DNA from: Erysipelotrichaceae bacterium
GTDB lineage: Bacteria > Bacillota_I > Bacilli_A > Erysipelotrichales > Erysipelotrichaceae
Assembly (NCBI GenBank): GCA_030526485.1
Contig: JAUNCS010000005.1
Coordinates: 4,535-68,534, forward strand
Direction of reading: 5' to 3'
DNA: 64,000 nucleotides
Shown: in pieces, positions 51,635 to 58,844 of the stretch
Numbering within the stretch: position 1 is the first letter of the stretch
Layout: each line of letters starts with the position of its first letter
Translations under genes and position numbers: made by a program
The notes under the pieces: generated by a model
Seen by the model: the letters and a program-made list of their open reading frames with translations, nothing else
Told to the model about the DNA's origin: nothing
Database searches by the model: none

Positions 51635-52360
51635 ATGGAAAAATATGCAAGTTCTGATTCATATTCTTATATTCTGGGCATCTCTTTAACAATCGAGGCT
51701 TTAAAGAAACTGCCAGAGAGAATGCTGAAGGTTTATGTATCTTCTAAGGCTATTAAGAATGAACAATATGAAAAACTGATAAATCTATGTAAGGAATATT
51801 CAATTCCGGTAATTGAAGACGACAGGGTGATTGATAAATTATCAGTCAAGGAAAACTGCTATGGTATCGGTGTCTTTGAAAAGTATCAAAGAGAACTGAC
51901 AAAGGATAATCATATTCTTTTATATCAGTTTACTGACTATGGTGAACTGGGAACTATTATGCGTTCAGCAGTATCTTTTAATTTCACCAATATCATCTTA
52001 ATTGATTCCAGGATCGATTACTTTGATCCCAAGGTTGTTAGAGCTTCGATGGGTTCAATATTCCACTTAAATATCAGGGAATATAAATCGATTGAAGACT
52101 ATAAGAAAGACTATGATAATCATCTGATTCCTTTTATTTCTAATGGTGATACTGAATTGAAAGAATTAAATGTAATTAAGCCATATGGTCTAATCATTCC
52201 TCAGGTCTATGATGGCTTGGATAAACTATTTAAAAAAGGTGCTTATATCAAGCACCAGAACTTTAAGGAAATATCTTTATCTTCTTTAAGCAGTGTAGTC
52301 TTTAATCATTTCTATCAAAACGTAAATGATAAGTACATTTCTGACATAAAGGCAGATTAA
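51635..52360 (+). CDS. SpoU/TrmH-family RNA 2'-O-methyltransferase-like protein (divergent motifs)
   Basis: N-terminal substrate-binding-like SYILGISLTIEALKK. SpoU motif 1 ELGTIMRSAVSF. Motifs 2 and 3 are weak. Alternative start ATG 51605 lies inside the clpB terminator loop. Confidence 0.65.
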   Translation: MEKYASSDSYSYILGISLTIEALKKLPERMLKVYVSSKAIKNEQYEKLINLCKEYSIPVIEDDRVIDKLSVKENCYGIGVFEKYQRELTKDNHILLYQFTDYGELGTIMRSAVSFNFTNIILIDSRIDYFDPKVVRASMGSIFHLNIREYKSIEDYKKDYDNHLIPFISNGDTELKELNVIKPYGLIIPQVYDGLDKLFKKGAYIKHQNFKEISLSSLSSVVFNHFYQNVNDKYISDIKAD

Positions 52361-53123
52361 GCTTATTATTTCTTAAATCATTTAAAGCATTTAAATATTT
52401 CTCATTATTAAGGATGTCTTTAAGACATTCTTTTTTTAGATTGCCAAAAGCATTTACACCATAAGGATCAAGACAACAGGACGTCACATCACCATTATGC
52501 AAGATAGCTATCTGAGACTTGATTCCCTGACAGCGTCCTTTATTACCTACATATTCATCACTCATATCCGGCCATTTAAAGAAGTTTTCAAAATAGATGT
52601 AGACCTTATCTTTTAATCTGTAGCTCCTTTGCTTAGAAGTTAAATCAAAGGAATATTTAGATTGTAAAGTATTAAGATAATTCTTTAACTTTAATTCAAG
52701 ATTGTCATAATCATAAAAACGGATTTCAATAGCACAATCAGTATTTTCTTCAATAAGTTTATTTATAGTTTCATAATATTTTTCTTCAATATCGAGATTA
52801 TTGATTGAATGCAAAGATACCGATAGTTTTCTTAAACACTTATGTTTTAAGATATCAGGATATTTATACAAAAGGGTACCATTTGTTACCAGCTGCAGCT
52901 TTAAATCCTTTTTATCTAAGATATCAAGAATTTCATTGACGTGAGGATGTAGAGTAGGCTCTCCTAAGACATGCAGATAGATATAGTCACATATTTCCTT
53001 GATTTGACTTGTATATTCATCAATTTCTTCCAATGACATAAAAGATTGTCCCTTGCTGTTGGTACAGAATGGACAATCCAGATTACAGGCATTAGTGATT
53101 TCTAAATAAATACGCTTAATCAT
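52302..53123 (-). CDS. Radical SAM protein with a SPASM/twitch-like C-terminal Cys motif
   Basis: CNLDCPFC (CX3CX2C). C-terminal C-X12-G-X4-CC ... CQKC. ATGA overlap with the upstream ttcA-like gene. The ORF track GTG start at 53129 is less likely. Confidence 0.8.
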   Translation of the reverse strand: MIKRIYLEITNACNLDCPFCTNSKGQSFMSLEEIDEYTSQIKEICDYIYLHVLGEPTLHPHVNEILDILDKKDLKLQLVTNGTLLYKYPDILKHKCLRKLSVSLHSINNLDIEEKYYETINKLIEENTDCAIEIRFYDYDNLELKLKNYLNTLQSKYSFDLTSKQRSYRLKDKVYIYFENFFKWPDMSDEYVGNKGRCQGIKSQIAILHNGDVTSCCLDPYGVNAFGNLKKECLKDILNNEKYLNALNDLRNNKLNLPLCQKCTYHLRFDRND

Positions 53124-53866
53124 CGACACTTGGGTTTTAAATATAAATTTATCTTTTCGTGGTTATATAAAGAAAGTAAGAAGTTCTCTTTGGAACCGGG
53201 ATATTCTTTGTAAATACTGTGCAATAGTTCTTTAATATCCTGACGCTTGGTAAAACCATCATTTGGACAGCCTGATTTCATAATCGGGATATTTAACTGT
53301 TTAACAGTTTTCTTTATCTCTGATTCAAAGGCCAGGGCAAAGGGTCTGATAAAAGTAATTTCTGAGCTTTCCAGATACATAATGGGGTCAAAAGTTGAAA
53401 TACGACCACCATATATCATATTCAGGAATAATGTCTCTACCGCATCATCACCATGATGACCAAAGGCCACCTTATTGCAACCTAGTTTTTTGGCAGCATT
53501 AATAACGGCACCTTTCTTTAATTTTGAACATAGTGAGCACTGAATTCTTCCATCTTTCAGATTCAGATTTAAGATATCAGCAATCTGTGAGTCTTCCGCA
53601 TAGTAACTTAGATTATTATCCTTAAAGAATTTTAAAAGATCACTATCATCATCTTCACCAAAGTTCATATTGATATGAATACCAATGACTTCAAATTCCT
53701 TATTAAAAGTCTTTTTGGCCAGCAGTCTATAGATATTCATGCAGTAAAGAAGCAAGGTAGAATCCTTGCCACCAGATATACCAACGGCGATCTTGTCGCC
53801 GTCTTCAATTAAATTAAACATTTCATCGGCTTTTCGCATATAAGCCAGTAATTTTTTAACACTCAT
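53120..53866 (-). CDS. ttcA: tRNA 2-thiocytidine(32) synthetase TtcA-like PP-loop ATPase
   Basis: SGGKDS PP-loop, CSLCSKLKKG, GHHGDDAVETLFLNMIYGG. Collinear by eye with E. coli TtcA. Confidence 0.8.
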   Translation of the reverse strand: MSVKKLLAYMRKADEMFNLIEDGDKIAVGISGGKDSTLLLYCMNIYRLLAKKTFNKEFEVIGIHINMNFGEDDDSDLLKFFKDNNLSYYAEDSQIADILNLNLKDGRIQCSLCSKLKKGAVINAAKKLGCNKVAFGHHGDDAVETLFLNMIYGGRISTFDPIMYLESSEITFIRPFALAFESEIKKTVKQLNIPIMKSGCPNDGFTKRQDIKELLHSIYKEYPGSKENFLLSLYNHEKINLYLKPKCR

Positions 53867-53873
53867 CTGTTCT

Positions 53874-53901
53874 ATTATAACAAGATATCTTTTGTTATAA
53901 T
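53874..53901. promoter_or_regulatory. Back-to-back divergent extended -10 promoters forming a 10-bp inverted repeat (ATTATAACAA-N8-TTGTTATAAT)
   Basis: Plus strand has TGtTATAAT at 53893-53901, 6 nt before the truB GTG at 53908. Minus strand has TGtTATAAT at 53882-53874, 7 nt before the ttcA ATG at 53866. Confidence 0.55.
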
Positions 53902-53907
53902 TTTGGC

Positions 53908-54753
53908 GTGGGAAAAATTATATTAGTAGATAAGCCAAAGGGAATTACTTCCTTTGATCTCTGCTTTAAAATGCGCAGAGTTTTTAATACCAAGAAAATT
54001 GGACATACTGGTACTTTAGATCCAAACGCCACCGGTTTAATGATGATACTGGTTGATAATGCGTCTAAGGCTAATCAGTTTTTAGTGACTGCCACTAAAG
54101 AATATATCGCTACTGTTAAACTGGGTATCAAGACCGATAGCGATGATATTGATGGCAAGATTTTAGAAGAAAGAGAAGAGACAGTTCCAAATAAGGAAGA
54201 ACTTGTAAATACATTTAAGAAATTTATTGGTAAGTCAAAACAGGTTCCTTCAATGTTTTCGGCTATTAAGGTCAATGGCAAGAAACTCTATGAATACCAA
54301 AGAGAAGGCAAGACAGTTGAGATTGAACCAAGAGACATTGAAGTATTCTATATTGAACTTTTAGATATCACTGATGATGGTTTTATCTTTAAGACCAAGG
54401 TATCCAGTGGTACCTATATTAGAACTTTAGCTCAGGATATTCTAAATGACTTAGGTTTAATCGGTACACTAAGTGAACTTAGAAGAACGATGATTGATGA
54501 TTTCAGTGTTGAGGATGCTTCGACTTTGGAAGAAGTATTAGAAGGTAAATATACAAATCTCAATGAAGCAGAAGTCTTAAGCAAGTATTACGATAGAGTA
54601 GAAATAAGAGATAGAAAACATGTAACTGATGGCAAGTCTTTAAGGCTTGAGGGTTATGGTGATACTGTTCTTTGTGTGAATAATGATGAAGCTTTAGCTA
54701 TCTATGTAAGAGAAGAAGATGGCCGCTACTACTGCAAGCGAGGTTTATTATGA
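53908..54753 (+). CDS. truB: tRNA pseudouridine(55) synthase
   Basis: ILVDKPKGITSFD and HTGTLDP catalytic Asp motif. GTG start. Confidence 0.93.
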   Translation: MGKIILVDKPKGITSFDLCFKMRRVFNTKKIGHTGTLDPNATGLMMILVDNASKANQFLVTATKEYIATVKLGIKTDSDDIDGKILEEREETVPNKEELVNTFKKFIGKSKQVPSMFSAIKVNGKKLYEYQREGKTVEIEPRDIEVFYIELLDITDDGFIFKTKVSSGTYIRTLAQDILNDLGLIGTLSELRRTMIDDFSVEDASTLEEVLEGKYTNLNEAEVLSKYYDRVEIRDRKHVTDGKSLRLEGYGDTVLCVNNDEALAIYVREEDGRYYCKRGLL

Positions 54754-55301
54754 TTCCTGTTTATTACTTTAAGGAAGATCTTGATATTCCAGCCAATGTA
54801 GCCTGTATAGGTTCTTTTGATGGTGTTCATAAGGGCCATCAGGAACTGATTAAAAGAACTATTGAACTGTCAGATAAAAACAGCCTTACACCAATGGCTA
54901 TAACTTTTGATCCAGATCCCGCTGTGGTTATTGGTAATAGTGATCACTATGGCTTAACTGATTTAAACAGAAGGATTGAACTCTTTGAAAGATTTGGTAT
55001 TAAGGGTGTTATTGTCATTCCTTTTGATGAATATGTCATGAAACTTAGTATTGATGATTTTAAAGCTAAGATTTTAGATAAATTAAATAATAAAATCTTA
55101 GTTTGTGGCTTTGACTTTACTTATGGCTTTAAGGGAATGGGCAATACCAAGACTTTAATAGAACAGGGCGTAGAAATCAGTGTTGTTGATGAATGTCTAT
55201 ATGATGGTCAAAAGATTTCTTCAACCAGAATCCGCAAGGAACTCTTAAATGGCAATATTGAATTAGCCAATGAATTATTAGGTTATGAGTACAACAAATA
55301 A
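54750..55301 (+). CDS. FMN adenylyltransferase (FAD synthetase) domain only; the riboflavin kinase domain of bifunctional RibF is absent
   Basis: IGSFDGVHKGHQ nucleotidyltransferase motif. 183 aa, ending at ...ANELLGYEYNK, where the kinase domain normally starts. Confidence 0.85.
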   Translation: MIPVYYFKEDLDIPANVACIGSFDGVHKGHQELIKRTIELSDKNSLTPMAITFDPDPAVVIGNSDHYGLTDLNRRIELFERFGIKGVIVIPFDEYVMKLSIDDFKAKILDKLNNKILVCGFDFTYGFKGMGNTKTLIEQGVEISVVDECLYDGQKISSTRIRKELLNGNIELANELLGYEYNK

Positions 55302-56589
55302 GGAATTATTTCTTCAAAGAGCCAAGACTTATTTTGAAGAAGACTATGAAAGATTTATAAATGAATTAGATAAAAAGGCCAGTTCTGGTTTTTTTATTAA
55401 TTCTAAAAAGGGTTTAAAAGAAGATATTCTTAAACTAGTAGACTTTGAATATACCGATTCACCTTTTAATGAAAACAGTTATTATCATAACTATGATTCC
55501 ATTGGTAAGACTAAGGTCTATGAATTGGGCTTAATCTATCCTCAGGATGTTGAATCGTGTCTTCCGGCTTTTACACCTGATGTGAGTGATGTAAAGCTGG
55601 CGATCGACTTATGTGCTGCGCCTGGTGGTAAATCAATCAATATCTTAAACAGATTGGCTGATGATGCTTTACTAATTTCTAATGAGATCAACTATAAAAG
55701 AGCAGGTGCATTAGTTTCTAATCTAGAAAGAATGGGCCTAAGTAATGTGATGATTACAAATCTTAAGCCTGAGACTTTTACCAAACAATTTAGTGGCTGT
55801 TTTGATCTGGTACTATTAGATGCGCCATGTTCAGGTGAGGGTATGATTAGAAAGTATCCGGAAATTATGGATAACTATAATCTGGGCAATATCACTGATT
55901 TGGCTTCTGTTCAAAGTGACCTACTGGATACCGCTTATAAGCTCCTTAAAAAGGGTGGGCAGCTGGTTTATTCTACCTGTACATATGCTTTTGAAGAGGA
56001 TGAAGATCAGATTAACAATTTCTTAAATAAGTACAGTGATATGGAACTTATTGAATTAAGCGATTTTAAGGACAATAAGGCCAAGTTAAAGGGTACTTTA
56101 AAGTATTCGCCTATTACTCAATCAGAGGGCCAGTATATCGCTTTATTAAGGAAAAATGAGGGTGATATAAAGACACCGAAGTATCGTAAGACTGTTAAGA
56201 ATCAGGTAGTTGAAAAGTTTATCAAGAATAATATAAATATCGATAAATATTATCTTTACTCTATTGATAATCGCTACTATCTGTCTTTAACTGAATTATT
56301 GGACATCAGGGATCATATCCTTAATATGGGTGTCTATCTTGGAGAACTGGTAAAGGATAGATTTGAGCCAAGTCATAGCTTATACAGATCTAATCAGCTT
56401 TTCTTTAAAAATGTCTATGATTTAAATGATGATGAGTATCTGAAGTTTATCAATGGTCAGGAAATTGATTGTAATAATGATAATGCTTATTATCAGGTAT
56501 CGTATAATAAATATAGCTTAGGATTTGGTAAATTGAGCAATGGCAAACTAAAAAACAAATATCCTAAAGGTTTAAGAAGGGTGGTATAA
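55285..56589 (+). CDS. NOL1/NOP2/Sun-family RNA cytosine-C5 methyltransferase (RsmF/YebU-like)
   Basis: DLCAAPGGKS SAM motif, DAPCSGEGM and YSTCT catalytic Cys motifs, C-terminal PUA-like extension. Confidence 0.8.
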   Translation: MSTTNKELFLQRAKTYFEEDYERFINELDKKASSGFFINSKKGLKEDILKLVDFEYTDSPFNENSYYHNYDSIGKTKVYELGLIYPQDVESCLPAFTPDVSDVKLAIDLCAAPGGKSINILNRLADDALLISNEINYKRAGALVSNLERMGLSNVMITNLKPETFTKQFSGCFDLVLLDAPCSGEGMIRKYPEIMDNYNLGNITDLASVQSDLLDTAYKLLKKGGQLVYSTCTYAFEEDEDQINNFLNKYSDMELIELSDFKDNKAKLKGTLKYSPITQSEGQYIALLRKNEGDIKTPKYRKTVKNQVVEKFIKNNINIDKYYLYSIDNRYYLSLTELLDIRDHILNMGVYLGELVKDRFEPSHSLYRSNQLFFKNVYDLNDDEYLKFINGQEIDCNNDNAYYQVSYNKYSLGFGKLSNGKLKNKYPKGLRRVV

Positions 56590-56590
56590 T
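56582..56590 (+). promoter_or_regulatory. Extended -10 TGgTATAAT 6 nt upstream of the Asp23-like ATG (leaderless-type), embedded in the stop region of the upstream gene
   Basis: TATAAT at 56585-56590 includes the upstream TAA. ATG at 56597. Confidence 0.5.
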
Positions 56591-56596
56591 ATTTAC

Positions 56597-56899
56597 ATGA
56601 TAACTAAGAATGAAATTGGAAAAATTGACGTTACTAATAACGCAATTAATGATATTGCTAATGTATCAATCGCTAAAGTACAAGGTATCTTCTCAGTAAA
56701 GAAAGATGCTGGTATCGCTTCTTGTTCATTTAAGGATGATGTTCTAAAGATTGTCTTATCTTTAAAGGTTAAGCAGGGCTTGGATATTGTTAAGGTTTCT
56801 GGCAAGCTTCAAAGTAAGGTGCATGAAGCAGTACTGGAAATGACTGGTATTGACTGCAAGCAGATTGATGTTGATATTCAGGGATTTGTTACAAAATAA
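56597..56899 (+). CDS. Asp23/Gls24-family envelope stress protein
   Basis: GKIDVTNNAINDIANVSIAKVQGI N terminus is typical of the family. 100 aa. Confidence 0.7.
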   Translation: MITKNEIGKIDVTNNAINDIANVSIAKVQGIFSVKKDAGIASCSFKDDVLKIVLSLKVKQGLDIVKVSGKLQSKVHEAVLEMTGIDCKQIDVDIQGFVTK

Positions 56900-56922
56900 G
56901 CTTCGAAAGAAGCTTTTATTTT
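56898..56922 (+). terminator. Rho-independent terminator after the Asp23-like gene
   Basis: aagcttc / gaagctt stem with loop gaaa, then ttattttt. Confidence 0.8.
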
Positions 56923-56926
56923 GGCC

Positions 56927-56955
56927 TTACAACTTCCTTATTTTTCTAGTATAAT
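56927..56955 (+). promoter_or_regulatory. Near-consensus sigma-A promoter TTACAA-17 nt-TATAAT, 6 nt upstream of the Y-family polymerase ATG (leaderless-type)
   Basis: -35 at 56927-56932, -10 at 56950-56955, ATG at 56962. Confidence 0.65.
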
Positions 56956-56961
56956 AGCTGT

Positions 56962-58437
56962 ATGTCCATTTATATTGCAATTGATTTAAAGTCTTTCTAT
57001 GCTTCCGTAGAATGTGTTGAACATGGCTTTGACCCACTTACAACCAATCTGGTTGTGGCTGATGAGAGTCGAACAGAGAAGACTATCTGTCTTGCTGTTT
57101 CACCATCTTTAAAGGCCTATGGAATATCAGGAAGAGCCCGTCTATTTGAGGTTGTACAGCGTGTAAATGAAATAAACAGACAAAGACTCATCAAGTGCAA
57201 AAAGTTTGATGGTGACTCTTATTTTGATAATGAAGTAAAAAATAATGACAAACTTGCTCTTAGCTTTTATATAGCTACACCAAGAATGGCTCATTATATG
57301 AAATATTCATCAATGATCTATGAAATCTATTTAAAGTATGTCTCTAAAGATGATATTCATGTCTATTCCATTGATGAAGTTTTTATTGATGTCACTTCTT
57401 ATTTAAATACCTATAAGATGTCAGCTGAACAGCTGGCTATGATGATGGTAAAAGATGTCTATAATACAACAGGCATTACCGCAACCTGTGGGGTTGGTAC
57501 CAATCTCTATCTGGCTAAGATCGCTATGGATATCATTGCCAAGCATAAAAAGCCGGATGAAAATGGGGTTAGAATTGCCTTTCTTGATGAGATGACTTAC
57601 CGTAAAGAGCTATGGGAACATACACCTTTAACAGACTTCTGGCGTATAGGCAAGGGCATAGCCAATAGATTAAATGCCAATGGCATGTATTGTCTTGGTG
57701 ATGTGGCCCGTATGTCACTTACTAATGAAGATAAACTATATAAGATCTTTGGCATAAATGCTGAACTTATCATTGACCATGCCTGGGGCTATGAATCATG
57801 TACCATCAAGGATATTAAGTCCTATGTGCCAATGTCTAATTCCTTAAGCAGCGGTCAGGTTTTAAAGGAACCTTATTCTTATGAGAAGACAAGACTGATA
57901 TTAAAAGAAATGCTGGAACTATTGTCTTTAGATATGGTTGAAAAAGAAATAATGACCGACCAGATTGTTTTAATGATTGGTTATGATATCACTTCAACCA
58001 AATACTATGAAGGAGAGATTGTTAAAGACTTCTATGGAAGAGAAGTGCCAAAAGCAGCCCACGGATCTATTAATCTGGGTGAATACTGTTCTTCAGGTGA
58101 ACTCATTACCAAAAAGACGCTGGAACTCTTCGATAGGATTGTTAATAAACAGTTAATGGTAAGAAGGGTCAATATTTCAGCTAATCATTTAATAAGAGAA
58201 TGCGAAGTGAAAGACGAACCGCTTATCGTACAGACCAATCTTTTTGAAGATAACGCTTTAAAGGAAGCTGAATATAAGAAACATAAAGAGAAACTAAAGA
58301 AAGAAAAGGACATGCAAAAGGCTCTAATCAAGATACAGAAGAAGTATGGCAAAAATGCGGTGGTTAGAGCTAATTCCTTAGAAGAAGGGGCTACAACCCT
58401 GGAAAGAAATTCGCAGATTGGAGGACATAAGGCATGA
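56962..58437 (+). CDS. Y-family (UmuC/DinB-like) translesion DNA polymerase
   Basis: IAIDLKSFYASVECV and YSIDEVFIDVT catalytic motifs, 491 aa. Confidence 0.9.
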   Translation: MSIYIAIDLKSFYASVECVEHGFDPLTTNLVVADESRTEKTICLAVSPSLKAYGISGRARLFEVVQRVNEINRQRLIKCKKFDGDSYFDNEVKNNDKLALSFYIATPRMAHYMKYSSMIYEIYLKYVSKDDIHVYSIDEVFIDVTSYLNTYKMSAEQLAMMMVKDVYNTTGITATCGVGTNLYLAKIAMDIIAKHKKPDENGVRIAFLDEMTYRKELWEHTPLTDFWRIGKGIANRLNANGMYCLGDVARMSLTNEDKLYKIFGINAELIIDHAWGYESCTIKDIKSYVPMSNSLSSGQVLKEPYSYEKTRLILKEMLELLSLDMVEKEIMTDQIVLMIGYDITSTKYYEGEIVKDFYGREVPKAAHGSINLGEYCSSGELITKKTLELFDRIVNKQLMVRRVNISANHLIRECEVKDEPLIVQTNLFEDNALKEAEYKKHKEKLKKEKDMQKALIKIQKKYGKNAVVRANSLEEGATTLERNSQIGGHKA

Positions 58438-58844
58438 GCCGTTTCGATGATATTATCAATTTACCTCATCCTGTTTCCAAGAAGCATCCAAGGATGTCCA
58501 ACTACAACAGAGGAGCTCAATTTGCACCTTTTGCCGCTTTAGTAGGCTATGACAAGGTTATCGATGAAAGTGGCCGTATGACGGATGAAAAGCTGCTTCT
58601 TGATGAATATCAGATAGCGGAAATAAATACCATCTTAGTGCATCTTAAAGCCCATAAAAATGTTAGAATAAATATCGTCTACTTTAAAAAAGATGAGTTT
58701 AAAAAGGGTGGAAAATATCTTTCCAAAACTTGTAATGTTTTAAAGATTGATGATGATAATCAAACGATTATTTTAAGTGATAACACTATTATCAAGATGA
58801 ATGATATTATGTCTATCACTCTAGAAAAGGAGAACTATGAATAA
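58434..58844 (+). CDS. YolD-like protein (accessory partner of Y-family polymerases)
   Basis: RGAQFAPFAALVGY motif, about 136 aa. ATGA overlap with the polymerase gene, as in uvrX-yolD type pairs. Confidence 0.6.
   Translation: MSRFDDIINLPHPVSKKHPRMSNYNRGAQFAPFAALVGYDKVIDESGRMTDEKLLLDEYQIAEINTILVHLKAHKNVRINIVYFKKDEFKKGGKYLSKTCNVLKIDDDNQTIILSDNTIIKMNDIMSITLEKENYE

Noticed and set aside
56900-56961. LexA/Cheo SOS box upstream of the Y-family polymerase
   Set aside because: No GAAC-N4-GTTC-like sequence occurs in the spacer. The nearest similarity (cgaaagaagc) is part of the terminator stem.
56962-58844. Y-family polymerase/YolD pair as part of a mobile element
   Set aside because: Such pairs often ride on prophages or ICEs. 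Here they are flanked by rsmF-like/asp23-like genes and by tex, with overlapping reading frames, no integrase and no flanking direct repeats that I could find.
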